Positions 12,401-24,284 of a stretch of DNA of 64,000 nucleotides are shown here, one piece after another. Position numbers and translations under genes: made by a program. The notes under the pieces were generated by a model that searched no databases, had not been told where the DNA came from, and worked only from the letters and a program-made list of their open reading frames with translations. Position 1 is the first letter of the stretch. Every line of letters starts with the position of its first letter. Source of the stretch: Antedon mediterranea (Eukaryota; Animalia; Echinodermata). The stretch is from the NCBI RefSeq assembly GCF_964355755.1, contig NC_092673.1, forward strand, positions 30,253,648 to 30,317,647, given 5' to 3'.

Positions 12401-15400
12401 TACAGTATCATAGAGTTGAGTTGAGGCTTGGTGGTGGATGCTTGGCTACCAATCCAAAGGTCCTGAGTTTAAGTCCTGTCAGTGCCAATTTATAACTCCA
12501 CATCGAAAGATCTGTAATAAGACTTTGTTTATGTACACCCTCTTGTGTATGTTTGTCTTGTGAACAGGATTGCCACCTTTAAGAAGGATAGTGAATTAAT
12601 TCACTTATGGTTATCCTTGGCAATTTTCCTATCCATGTAACACAATTTGCATTAGTAGGAACTAACCTGATTTAGATTGTCATGTTCATGACGACAAGCC
12701 TCTAACATTTCTTGAAGTTTTCTTTCTTGCTTTGCAAGGCCAATCTCGTGAACATCCCATAGATGTCCCGCACCTTGAGCATACTTGAACAGACTGTGTA
12801 GCTGACTTGCATAAGCTACTGACAGATTCTCCAAAGATTTCTAGTAAAAAAACAAAAATTAGGTTTAAACAATCTTTATGCAACTGATGTTCTACACAAA
12901 TTATTATTATTACAACAAGAATGAGTGGACAACCAAAATATACATGCTGTAGTTTTTCTTAACAAAACAAAAATGTATTTCAGAGCCAAAAACCTAAATC
13001 TATGTGTAGAAAGCAAGGATGTACTAACACAAAATGATGCACAAAAGCTCTCTGACAGTGGCGTAAACAGCTATGAGTGCTCACTGGTTAAACTCAGGGG
13101 CCTCAAAGCTTTGAGGTAGAAAACAGGCACTCAAATAATGTTCAAAAAGGCCTAAAATTCCAGAGGTATCCAACGTTGGAGGGTCACTTAGGTTCCCTAA
13201 ACAAGTGGCCTGCTCCATGATCTTCTATACCTGTTAACAATGGCAAAGTTCATGTACTGTACATGTCTATATCATCTTGTGTCTCTTTACGAAATGATTG
13301 ATTTATTGACTTACATCCATGGTTTGAAGAATTTCTTCAAAGACTTTCTGTCGTTCGCCAATAAGTGGAAGAAACTTCTCTTCTATCACCGACAAGACTC
13401 TCTCCTCTGAGCACACTCCGGCCTCCATCAAAGAACTCTGTAAATATGGAGAAAGTAAATGCATTGTCAAGTTCACATTGGCATAATTCGGTGGAAACAT
13501 AAAAGGTAACTGAAATCCTATGGCTAAGAGACTGTGTTTCCATCTGACAGGATTTGAACCCAGGACCTTGGGATTGGTAGCCAAGCATCTTCACCACCAA
13601 GCTACAACTCCACACGAATCATACACACCTTGTGATTCTCCATCTCCGCAAGACAACCTTGACAAATCCGTTCATATTCTTCATGCATCTTATCAAGATA
13701 TGCAACATGGACTTGTTCGATTTGTTTGTTGATAGAGCCAATTTCATTATTCCATTGGTAAACAGCAGCCTTTGTAGAGCTCGGAGGCTTCATTTCCCTG
13801 AATATAATTGATACAAGAGATTACAGGTTAAAACAGGAGGTGGGTGAAGAGGAGAGGGGCAACAAGAAAAGGAATAAATTAATTTCACAGGAGAAACTTA
13901 AATGGAGAACCTAGGATTATAATGCAAGAATGTGAGTTGAGTCACATTCACATTAGTTAAATAATGGAAAATCATATAACAAATTGAACAGCGCCGTATT
14001 CTGTTCAGAACAAGTGTGAATGTAGCTTTAGCCTGTGTAGTGCCTCATGCTGTGCCAGGTGGCTTAAGCTAAGCCTTATGCTTGAGCATTGCAAGGAAAT
14101 ACTAGTAAACGTAGGTACCTAAGTGACTGGATTAGCTTAAGTCTTTTTGTATTCAGTTCATCTTGCTCTTCTCTCAGCTGTTGTATAAACTCATCGACTT
14201 TAGGTGGCTTGGTGATGTCATTGCTCTTCATAAAATTTCTAAAATATAAACAATATTATCATTAAATATCTTTGTGGTAAAAACTGTAAATTGACATAAT
14301 ATTTATATGCATTACTGTACTAATAATTTCAACTTACTAATTTTGACTAAACTAAACTCTGTCTACACTATCAAACTAATTTGACAAATAAGGTCTGATG
14401 TGCGCAAATATGGTAGTGCTATGCTTAAATATGGTAGTGATATGACATCATCATGTCCATAATGGGCACATCCCATTTTTTGTCACATAAAGTTTGATAG
14501 TGTAGACATGGCTTTAACCAGTGAAGGACTTACTGAAAGGACTTGATAGCTACTTCAGTGTTTAGTTGCCTCCAGTCTTCCACTCGGCCTTCCCAAACAT
14601 AATGTAGGTCTTTCTCACGCTCAATGTCTGCTTTCATCAAGCGGACATACAGGTTACTATATGAGCGTCTATTATGAATTAAGGTTTGGTTGACAACCTG
14701 TGACTCTTTCTCTATGTATCGACTCACATCTGGTGGCATTAGGTGAGCTATCTGTTCAAGAGACTTGGCATATGCCTTAAGGACTTCTCTAATCTACACA
14801 AATAAACAAGAAATAAAGTATAAAAATATCTATAATAGTGCCAATTGTCTCAGACCTACAGTATTGCTAATCAAAATTACTGTTTACTCTACCATAGCAG
14901 AATCAGTTGATTTCACCCGGTTTAAAACAGGTAATTTACTAGGTCACTTAACACTAAACAGGTTTATTTGGTCTAGTTCCTATAACTGATCCAGTCTCAA
15001 TGCAGGTCAATTTTTGACTGAGGAATACTAATTCTGTGCATCCCCCGTTACGATTCAATTACCTTTTGCATCCGTTGGCCTTCATAGCTTTGAAACTGCT
15101 TATCTAATTCTATGATCCAATTTCTACGATATTCAGATTGCTTAGCTATGTCATTCCACAATTCTATCAATCCTTGTAATGTGTAACCTCGCAACTCCTG
15201 CAAATAAAACATTTTCCAGTGAGGTTTACTGTGGCTGCTTTGTGAGTTGTTTATTACAGTGATATTATAGGCATAAGGAAACACAAGTGTCTTTACAGCC
15301 TTTTTGAAAAACAATTATATACTTTTAGTTAGAAATCAACAGCAAGTAAAATTACAGAATAGGAAAAATGAAATATCAAGTTTTTATAAAAGCATGTCCA

Positions 15401-18289
15401 AACTATAGAGGGTGCTATAACATTTAAAAAAATATACAAAATCATAGACTATTAGAAAATCTAAAGATTGGTTTCTATAGCAAACATGGGTATGTCGGGA
15501 GAGTTGGGAGGTGCGACATTCTTTCTAAACTAATTTTATGTACACAATTAATAAAAATACGAAAAAATAAACAATTTATTGCTTAAAAAGTGAAAATAAA
15601 ACAGATATTTTACCACGTCATCTTGTATTTTAGACAGGAACTGTTCAATAACTGAAAAAAAAAAAGATGATGTTGTATAATGGCAATAGCTTCCTCCTTA
15701 TAAATAAGTAAATCTAATATATTTTGTTAGTATCAAGGGATCTGATTTGGAAAGGTTAGTAAATTTCTTAATTTGTTCTGTACTTTTAGGAAAGTTCAGT
15801 GCAACATTCGTCACATGTTCCAACTGTACAGTAGAACCTCCATTTTACGTACGGTACGGGACCGAAAGGCGTACGTAAAACAAGGGATTCGTAAAATCCA
15901 GGTTGACCTTAAATTGACCCCCAAATACGTAGATCGTAACTAAAAAGGCTGCCGTGTTTGCCTACAGCATGCAGGTGGTCACTAACTTAGCTAGGCCTAG
16001 ACTAATCTAGGCCAGGCTAGCAAGATGTGAGGCCTAGAAAAGTACAGTATATACAGGCTGTGCGACTTAGTTTAAATAAAGTGTTATAAATAAAATATCA
16101 ATGTTCTTGTATTTTCTATCAATAAAACAGTCGCTGCTGTAGGGGAATGCATATTGTTAAATTGCGCCCTCAATGTAAGAAAATGATGACGTCATCGGTC
16201 ATTTAAGCGTACGTAAAATCAAGGGAACGTAAAATCAGGGTACGTAAAACGAAGGTTCTACTGTATAAACAAAACAATTTTAGTGACTCTCTATCTAGGA
16301 AATTTGAATACGATACTATAGTAATTCACCAAGACTACATTATCTAAATTTTATTTTATTAAGTAGCTAAATACATAAAATAAATTATTATTGTACCTTT
16401 ATCATTGTCTTGCATACTAGAAAGTAATTGTTTTCCAGAAGCAGTAATATGAGGTTCAAACTCCTGTCAAATGAAATATAAAGACAGATAACTAACATAT
16501 TAGCATTTATAAATAATGATTATTACATGAAATGGTGCCTACACCCCTCATGATGGAAACAGTGGTGTAACGGCTTTGATATGAGCGTACACTGCGTACA
16601 AAATCAGGGGCTCCAGAGCTCAAGGGGTCCCAGAGCTCAAGGGGCTCTGGGACCCCAGAGCATGTGCAGTCTAATGCGTCGGAAGGCCCCTTAGAAGTGC
16701 TAAACCAGGGTCATTTGTCTTGTGCATTACGGCACTGGATGAAAAAATATCAGGATGTTGTCCAGTTGGGCATAGTTTGGGATATATTTTATTTATTTCT
16801 TGTTAAACTGTGTTTAATGAGGGTAAAACAAAACCGTGTACTTCGCATTCAGACTTAGTCGTATGCTGTATAAACGTGGTCTGGACAGGCACTAAGTTAC
16901 ATCAAACAGGGTTATTAACCTTAGCAATGATTGACAGTTCCTGCTGCAGATCTTCCACGGCTTCTTCGTGTCGTTGTCGCCTGCTTTCACTGATTCTGTC
17001 TATTATATCAGAACCAGATTGCTCTTTGCCTATAATAGAAATGTACAAACCAAAAATGCTGTAAGTTTTCATTACACAATCTAGCTAGCAGTCCAGCCTC
17101 CGTGGACAAATAAAGTTGAATTGAATTAAACAAAATGTGGGTATATTATACTATAAAGCATTATTCTTTGGCTCATCATATAAAATTTACAATTTATTGT
17201 ACAAACTCATCAAGAATGAAACGTATTAAAAAGTAAAATGTATGGAAATATTTACATGCATGCAATTTATGCATTGTGGATGTATACACTAGGTATCAAC
17301 CAAAACATCCCAAAGTCTTTAACTTTATAAATAAACTAAAACTACAAACCAGCTACACCAAATATGGTAGCGACATGCCCAACTATGGTAGCGACATGCC
17401 CAAATATGGTAGCGACATGCCCAACTATGGTAGCGACATGCCCAACTATGGTAGTGATATGATATCATCATCATCATCCATATATGGCCACTTAAAATGT
17501 TTTGTCACATCAAGTTTGATAGTGTAGACAGAGCTTTAGGTATTAGTTTTATATCAAAGATATTTAAATTCTTACTGATGATATCACTTAGACCTCTGAC
17601 ATCTCTAGCTGCCGTTATATGCTCTGGCTCAACTGATGCTTCTATTGATTTCAAAACCGTTTGCCTTAAAATAAAAAATGTAAATCAATAAAACAAAATT
17701 GGTATTATACTCTAGTTTAAGATATAGTTTACTCTTACAAAACCATCCTCCTGGACTTGAACTTTGACCCAAACCTACCTATACAATACAGGATTCTCCG
17801 ACTTGTCATCATTTGGGTTACCTTCAATCCACAGCACTTGACGTTTATTCAGTGACCTTTCACCCATCTCCTTCCTATTTTCTTTAACAAGTGGGATGCC
17901 ATTTTGTTTAGGAATAACTTTCTTAGGATTTGCTTTTGATTTCTCTAAAGCTTGCACAAGTTGAACCTATGAATAACATAATTTATAGTATTATCTAAAG
18001 TATTTTGAAAAAAATTTTAATATAATAATTACCATATATATTACATATTTTATTATGTAACTATATACCTGTGTGTGCTAATTATATGTAGTATGTACAG
18101 TATACTTTACAATAATTTGGTAAAAAATATGAATACTGTGTATGTGATAATTAGAAAACAGTACAATAGTTACAAAACAATGATACATTTTATTGATAGA
18201 CCAAGGCTTCCTCTTACCTCTGCATCGAATATCTGTCTGTACACTTTACCACTTTGAATCACCTTGCAGGGTTGCTGTGTGTTAGCCAT
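6408..18289 (-). CDS. CCDC180: Coiled-coil domain-containing protein 180 (ciliary); 3'-partial, continues beyond the left edge
   Basis: GT-AG exons: 18218-18289, 17779-17966, 17576-17664, 16920-17029, 16397-16463, 15614-15651, 15063-15197, 14534-14793, 14119-14238, 13629-13797, 13315-13437, 12667-12840, 12125-12240, 11511-11637, 10898-11018, 9633-~9865/9895 (acceptor uncertain), 9409-9490, 8964-9238, 8364-8510, 6844-7020, 6408-6591. Phases are consistent apart from the uncertain acceptor. Motifs SGKVYRQIFDAEVQLV, ENPVLYR, AARDVRGL, YTLQGLIELW, ELDLRLHLHGPR and LFSDGGNF match CCDC180. Confidence 0.92.
7127..8350. repeat. Intronic 28-bp minisatellite (acattagtgg[c/g]acaatgacattacaaaa)n with a degenerate tail
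   Basis: About 27 homogeneous copies to ~7900, then variant ggtgggacaatgacatt units up to the splice donor near 8360. Confidence 0.97.
8657..8812. mobile_element. Palindromic Harbinger-like MITE (other copies ~11395-11503, 14352-14516, 17336-17538, 52520-52633)
   Basis: Shared core gtgtgatgtgcccaaatatggtagtgatatgacatcat...atatgggcacatc; termini (a)gctctgtctacact / agtgtagacagagct flanked by TAA/TTA. Confidence 0.7.
9975..10110 (+). mobile_element. Diverged Deu-domain SINE fragment
   Basis: ggactataagatgcaggtc...cactttaaagaacccaag resembles the SINE at 40963-41258. Confidence 0.55.
12412..12640 (+). mobile_element. tRNA-derived SINE (related heads at 13540-13612 minus and 52145-52220 minus)
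   Basis: Head gcttggtggtggatgcttggctaccaatccaaaggtcctgagtttaagtcctgtcag has A-box and B-box-like motifs and recurs three times in the window. Confidence 0.6.
14352..14516. mobile_element. Palindromic Harbinger-like MITE, full copy
   Basis: ctctgtctacactatcaaact ... agtttgatagtgtagaca inverted termini. Confidence 0.75.
15829..16263. mobile_element. Tc1/mariner (pogo/Tigger-like) MITE
   Basis: TIRs cagtagaacct / aggttctactg, TA on both sides, and subterminal cgtaaaa repeats. Confidence 0.85.
16560..16737. mobile_element. hAT-like MITE
   Basis: CAGTG...CACTG termini; 8-bp TSD gatggaaa / gatgaaaa (one mismatch). A related fragment lies near 13056. Confidence 0.65.
17336..17538. mobile_element. 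Harbinger-like MITE copy with an internal 21-bp tandem expansion
   Basis: (ccaa[a/c]tatggtagcgacatgc) occurs 4-5 times inside the same family as 14352-14516. Confidence 0.7.
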
Positions 18290-19093
18290 ATTGTTGTATG
18301 ACGCTTAGGCCTAGTCAGAAAACAGAAATAAAAAAATCATGTTGGCCTTAGTCTATAACCCATCAACAGTGATGTTCTTTAAAAAAAAAAAGGTTTCGGA
18401 ACAGCTGGTTGGTTGATGTAGCTTGACAACTTTCATATTTTATTATAAACATTTTTTAGAGAGGACTAATAATCACAATGGCAATGCGGCTGATGCCGGC
18501 TCTTTATGGTCATCGAGAGTGGATATATTAGGCCTATCTAGGCTAGGCCCTTCTAGTCTTTAGTTGGTATATATATAGGCTCAGGCTAGGCCTAACTCCT
18601 AGGCCCCTACACTTTTTAACTCTAGTAGGCCTAGCCCACTCCACTTGCTGCTTCTTATTATATTATATAGGCCTAGGGGGCCTAGCAAATTTTAGGCCTA
18701 GCCTCTCTCTTATTATTATATTAGCTAGCTAGCCTATCCTAGCTAGGCCAGGCCTAACTGGGCCTAGCACTAGGCCTAGGCTAACTTATGATAGCTCCCC
18801 CAGGCCCTAGCTAACTAGAAAGGTAGAGTATACCTACTATATACTAGCTAGGGGCCTTAGTCTACTAGCCTACTACTACTATTATTATTAGGCTAGCGAC
18901 GTTTTTATTTAAGTTAAAAATATTCTATAATATATACCGGTTTCAGAACCACAGAAACTGTTTTCAATATTGCAAGTTTTAGAATCAACAGTCTAAACTA
19001 TGTTTAGTGAAAAATAACTAGTAGAGTTAATGATTTTTTGGAATTAAACTGCCACATTTTTCTCGGTTTTCTACCTTCGAAGTAGTTGTTTTA

Positions 19094-19122
19094 GTTCGCC
19101 GTAGCAACAATATGCGCATGCG
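19094..19122. promoter_or_regulatory. Putative bidirectional promoter core: RFX X-box plus NRF1-like site
   Basis: GTTCGCCGTAGCAAC (X-box-like, 19094-19108) and TGCGCATGCG (19113-19122) lie between the divergent CCDC180 and OCIAD genes. Confidence 0.6.
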
Positions 19123-19684
19123 TTATATGGCAATAACTTTATTTCTATCCAAACGTTGGTGGGGTAGTTGTGTTTCGTGTGAGGACCGGAGCTGAGTGGG
19201 ATTTGGTGCTGAAGTTCTGGATAAAAAATACTGCATTTTCCTTTGAAATTTCAAATGATTGCAATATATACTTAAACATAACTGATATTTACAACATAGG
19301 TATTACTTTTATCACATAGTTTGTGATGGCGGCTAGCCAAACTAGGTAATAAGCCTAGGAATGTACCTAGGCTAGGCTTGCCCTCGTACCAACCAGCAGG
19401 CTCAATTTAGGAGTCCCGACCAAACAGAGCACCCTCTAGAGGTCCCAGATGTTAGATTCCAGCTAGTGCCTACTTCCATACCGAGAATGTAGAAGGATCA
19501 CCGTAGAGCACACACCTACCTACCTACTGCTCTGATACAAAATTGTTTTATGCCCCACTAATTTAAGTATTGGCCAGATATACTCTACTAGTACTAGAGT
19601 AATAATAAGGCCTCAATCAATACCACCAGCATGCAATACATTTCAATAAAATAAAAAACTACTTCTTATTAATATTTTTGTAGG

Positions 19685-20476
19685 ATGGCATACTCTGGCA
19701 GTGGTGAGACAAATTCAGCAGGTTATCCACCAGTTAATCAAAGTCGTGGACGACGTGGAGAAAAAGTGCAAAACATTAATCTTACTCCGGGTGATTTGGA
19801 GATAGTAGCTGAATGCAGGAGGGAAAGTTTTTACTACAGATCACTGCCACTTTCAACATTGGCTGCGATAGGTACTCACCAACTAATAAGAATGGGCTAC
19901 CTAACAACAGGGCGTCTTGGTCAAATACCAAAGATTGGCTTTGCTATGTTAACCGGGTATTTAGTTGGCAAAATATCGTACGTTAATGAGTGCAAGAAAA
20001 AATTTATGAGGCTTGAAAATTCCGAGGTTGGAGAAATGTTAAGGAAGGGAAAAAATATTGGGCCCGGGACATTTGCTGGTGTACCAAATATTGCAATGGA
20101 AACCGAAGAATATGATGAACGTGAAAGTGAAAGGAACGCGATACGTAGCAGTGACCCACATGTTAATCTTGATATCGACACGAGTACATTACCATCACTG
20201 GATGATAAAATGGACAGACCAGAAACACTTTACCAATTTGATAATGATTTAAACGAAAGTCAAGCAGCTAAACCAATGACCACGTATGAAGAATTACGAA
20301 AAAGGAATCGTGATCAATCTAATCGCAACACGATGCAGAATAATTTTGATAATAAGCAACTTGTAGCATCTGATAGGAGTGGTTCGAAACCGCGTTCTAA
20401 ACATTTTGAAGATACCGGTTTCTCAAAATCTGTGAAGACTAAAGTCAATACTTATGGTGACTCTTGGGACGAATAA
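19685..20476 (+). CDS. OCIAD1: OCIA domain-containing protein (OCIAD1/Asrij-like), single coding exon
   Basis: 263-aa ORF. The OCIA domain reads ECRRESFYYRSLPL...GYLVGKISYVNECKKKFMRLENS, followed by TYEELR and a C-terminal KVNTYGDSWDE typical of OCIAD1. A splice acceptor (ttttgtag) just before the ATG implies a 5'UTR intron. Confidence 0.93.
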   Translation: MAYSGSGETNSAGYPPVNQSRGRRGEKVQNINLTPGDLEIVAECRRESFYYRSLPLSTLAAIGTHQLIRMGYLTTGRLGQIPKIGFAMLTGYLVGKISYVNECKKKFMRLENSEVGEMLRKGKNIGPGTFAGVPNIAMETEEYDERESERNAIRSSDPHVNLDIDTSTLPSLDDKMDRPETLYQFDNDLNESQAAKPMTTYEELRKRNRDQSNRNTMQNNFDNKQLVASDRSGSKPRSKHFEDTGFSKSVKTKVNTYGDSWDE

Positions 20477-21681
20477 AATCCAATTTGTGGAGAGTCCCGA
20501 GTCAACTAAAATACATACAATAACTATATAATCATTGAGTGATTAGTGTTCTAAATAAACATTAAACATTGCGGAATATTGACATTATCAGTGATGAATT
20601 TCATGAATAATTTGTAATTGTTGTAATGAGATGAGTAACATATAACATGATGGAAAGTTAGAATGAAATGAATAAACTTGAATCAGTAAAACTCTTGTGT
20701 AACTGGTGCTGATTTTACTTTTCATGTTATTGTTAGTCCACCAATCGACGTTTTGATTTTTGTCATTGTGAGCTCAAGTATTGTGTGTGTGTGTGCCAAA
20801 ATATTTATCTTTTACTAATTTTGGTCTAATTAACTAACTAATTAACAGTAACATATCTGCAACATAAACATTATCTGTACTAATTTTAGTCAATATTACT
20901 ATGACAAATAAAAAATATCAATAATGATGAAAAGAGTCATATTTATTAATACTGTAAAGAAGCATTCACTATTCTTACTCATTAAAAATAAAATAGAAAA
21001 CATTAAACAAATGCCTCGATTAGATAACTTCACCTATTTAGGATATCAGAAAAAAAAGAAAAATTGTGGTGCGGCATGTTGGTCTCTCCAACTACAAAAG
21101 TACACTATGTTGTGTTCTAGCAGTATATTTTGCAAATCATCTTTCTTGAGGAGAAGACATTTAGAATTTGCGAATAACCATCTACCTAGTTGTAGACCTA
21201 ACGTGATTGTGGTTGTTCCCTGGTTCTAACAATTGGTTGCAATTAATATAAAGAACCAGGATGCATCCAGTCGATCTCCTGCAGACAGAACCATTCATCA
21301 TTGTGTGTACCATGACCACAAAGGAAAGCACAACCTAGTTGGTAACTAAATCTATTTAGGGTGAGCAGGGAGTTCTAATAACAACTCCCTGGTGTGAGCA
21401 GTTTTAATTCTGCTCCATTCACCAAGCATCCCCAATTATTCGTGACTCAGATGTAACCCCAATCCCTGTATTATTGTCCACCAGTCAAAATATTTATCTT
21501 GTTACTAATGTCGGTCTAGAACCCAGACTATAATACTGTATACAATCATAGACAAGAATTTACAGCAGAGTCTCACCACCTGCAGCAGCCAGTTCAGCTT
21601 TAAATTAGAATTAATTCCAAATTAAAAACAATTTGCGTACAAAAGCAAACAATTAAAATTTTGACATCTGTTTAAGTTATT

Positions 21682-23711
21682 TTAAATTTGATGGGCGATC
21701 AGTGAGGGGTTCTTTCCAGACGAGGATGGTAAATGTTCTGTAGAAAAGAAAATTTTTAAACAAATTAAAACATTTGAGATTATATGTGTATGTATACAAA
21801 TGTCGATCATCTAGTATATACATTTTGTTCTATAGTATTACTAAACTTGTGTCTAGAATATTTAAAGCAGGGTTCGAAAAATCATCATGACCTTATAGGC
21901 CTCAGTGGGTTTATTTACCGTCACTTCTACTGCTGTCCTATAGTTTAAAAACAGAAAAAAGTGGGGTTCGTTTGACCCTCGAATGCCCCACTGGCTACAG
22001 GCATATATTTACTACCTTACCATTGTTGTTCTGTGTTGTAGGCCTCACTGGGAGGGGGATTGCCCCGGGCTGACCAGGTATCGGAAGCTGCTTCTCAATA
22101 CTTTTAGGTATCTCTCTGTTGTTGTTTTTCATGTTTGCTTGAGTGTCACTTTCGTCTAGAACTCTTGAACTAATAATTTCATCATCACTGGGTCTTGGTT
22201 TTCTCTCAGCAACTTAATAAAAGAGGGAAATATTTATATTAATAAAACAGTAATTAACTATACAATAATACTTTATTCTCAGGTTCAGGTTATCAAATCG
22301 CAATGAAAATAGTTTTCCAGAAAGTGAAATGAATCACTCTGAATAGTTAAAATTCTAAATGTCTTTATTAAATCTAAAACACCTGAAAATCCACGAAGAA
22401 GCAGACAAAGTTGTTGACCAGTAAAGCTTAAATGTCGTTAATGAATGTGAAAGCAGCAACAAGCTACATTGACAAAATACCATAGGTTTACGGTACTTAC
22501 TTGAAACAGGTGGGTGATTCTTGAGGTCCTCTAATGCAACATTTAACCGTTTAACTATAAAAACTTGTGTTCTGTTTTTCATTAGAGACTTAACAAAAAT
22601 TTGGAAAGCAGTATGTCCGCGTCTTTTTAGATAGCCAAGGAATGTTCTACACCTCTGCCTCGTTGTGGTCTGTGACATTATGTCTTCAACGGTTTCTTGA
22701 TCAAATATTCGTTCTGAACGCAAGAAATCGACATGGTCTGAGGGGTTGATGTTATCACAGAGAAAGGCAAAGTTATTTTCAATAACCTGTTGAGGAAAGC
22801 AATGGGTTATTATTTATATATGAAATAAGTGTTTAATTAATAAATTATTTTATGTTTACCACATTATTCTAAGTAATTAAACTGTCCGGAATGTGGGATG
22901 TCTCCCCATTTATTGAGTTTGCTACGTTGTGCATGTGGTTCGTCCCGGCCCCGGTCCCGGCTCAAATACGTCATGTAAAAGGGAAACCCCCATGTATTTT
23001 TTTTTTGTAATTTTCGTTACCAAGCTGCTAAAGTTCTGGCCAATCAACAACTATGAATTTTTGCGCGCAATATGTTACGCACCAGTAGTTGCCCAGGGAA
23101 TAACCATGTCCAACCATTGCATTCTAAATCTTGCAGTCGAACGGAATACAGTAGGCTTATGGTATTGCTCATGGAGGATACCTCCATGGTATTGCTTAAT
23201 TGTGTGATAATTTAAAAAACAATTATTTTAAGTACGTGCAAGGTAAGTAATTTTTCGAACAATCCACGCATGCATCCTGGGATATTTTGTCCAGACGACG
23301 GTTTCTTTGGCATTTAATATCAACAAACAAAAATAATATAATTCAGTCACAACTAAACGAAGACATGGAATAATCGGCTACTGACTGCCACCCAGAGGTC
23401 TTATTAATCACTTATCTAAATTGATTTCTGTTTCTTTATTTGACTAAACATAAGTTAGGGATATTCTTTTATTTTGCAATACTAAAGGTAAGCCTCTATT
23501 ATTCAAATATCATTATTCACATTCCACCCACCGACCACCGACCACGTCATCAAAATTTATTCAACAATAAACAAACATACTTCCTGAATGTCGCCGACAT
23601 TCCATGTTCAATACAACATACTTAGCTAGGCCTACAGAGCACTGAATGATCGTGTCTTACCTCACAATGCAGGAAATGTTCATATTCTTCTTTTATTGAA
23701 AATCGTGCCAT
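21682..23711 (-). CDS. BCL10: B-cell lymphoma 10-like CARD adaptor, 194 aa
   Basis: Exons 23661-23711, 22501-22786, 22021-22212 and 21682-21737 give 585 nt with consistent phases. The CARD (FLCDNI...HVDFLRSERIF...TRQRCRTFLGYL...TQVFIVK) and C-terminal LPIPGQPGAIPLP match BCL10 (LPRPGDPGAPPLP). Confidence 0.88.
22967..22990. promoter_or_regulatory. CRE-like plus NF-kB composite site in BCL10 intron 1
   Basis: TACGTCA-tgtaaaa-GGGAAACCCC. Confidence 0.55.
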
Positions 23712-24260
23712 ATTTAGACCTATAGAGAGATTTATCACGGGGTTTTGACTAACGTCGAACACAGCTTCGTTACTTTTGTAAGTACAGTATTGTAAGTCTT
23801 CAGTCAGTTGTTACATCGAGGCTATAATTACTTAGTCTATTACAGTATTGAAGTCTGTATGTAGTACTGTAGTTTAAGTGTTGATTTAGGTGAATAACTG
23901 GTCTATAACTGGTGATAGTTTAATTTCGACAAACAATCGGTGATAAATCGTAAGTCTCGTCAAATTGTAGTACTGTATCAGACGACGTGAACATTCCTTG
24001 GTTCTCATGATTCGTTACACCCGGAAGTAGCATGATTATTTTTGTATTGTGCAAACTGGTAATGGACCCGTCCATTTTCAGTGTATAATTCTTAGGCCCT
24101 TCTTATTAATAATGAATATTAACATTAACAGTAGTATTAACCATTTGACATTAATCGTTACTTTATGTTTAATAGATTATTTGGATTAATTAAATTCAGG
24201 TCGGTTAAGAATGTTTATTTTTAGTATTTAGGTCCCTTGCGAAAAGTCGTACGTCCTAAT

Positions 24261-24284
24261 TACGTCATGCAAAAGGGAAACCCC
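24261..24284. promoter_or_regulatory. CRE-like plus NF-kB composite site upstream of BCL10
   Basis: TACGTCA-tgcaaaa-GGGAAACCCC, 23/24 identical to 22967-22990. An ETS-type CCGGAAGT lies near 24021. Confidence 0.55.

Noticed and set aside
13540-13612. Functional tRNA gene on the minus strand
   Set aside because: The cloverleaf is imperfect and related heads occur near 12420 and 52150, so it is better explained as a SINE head.
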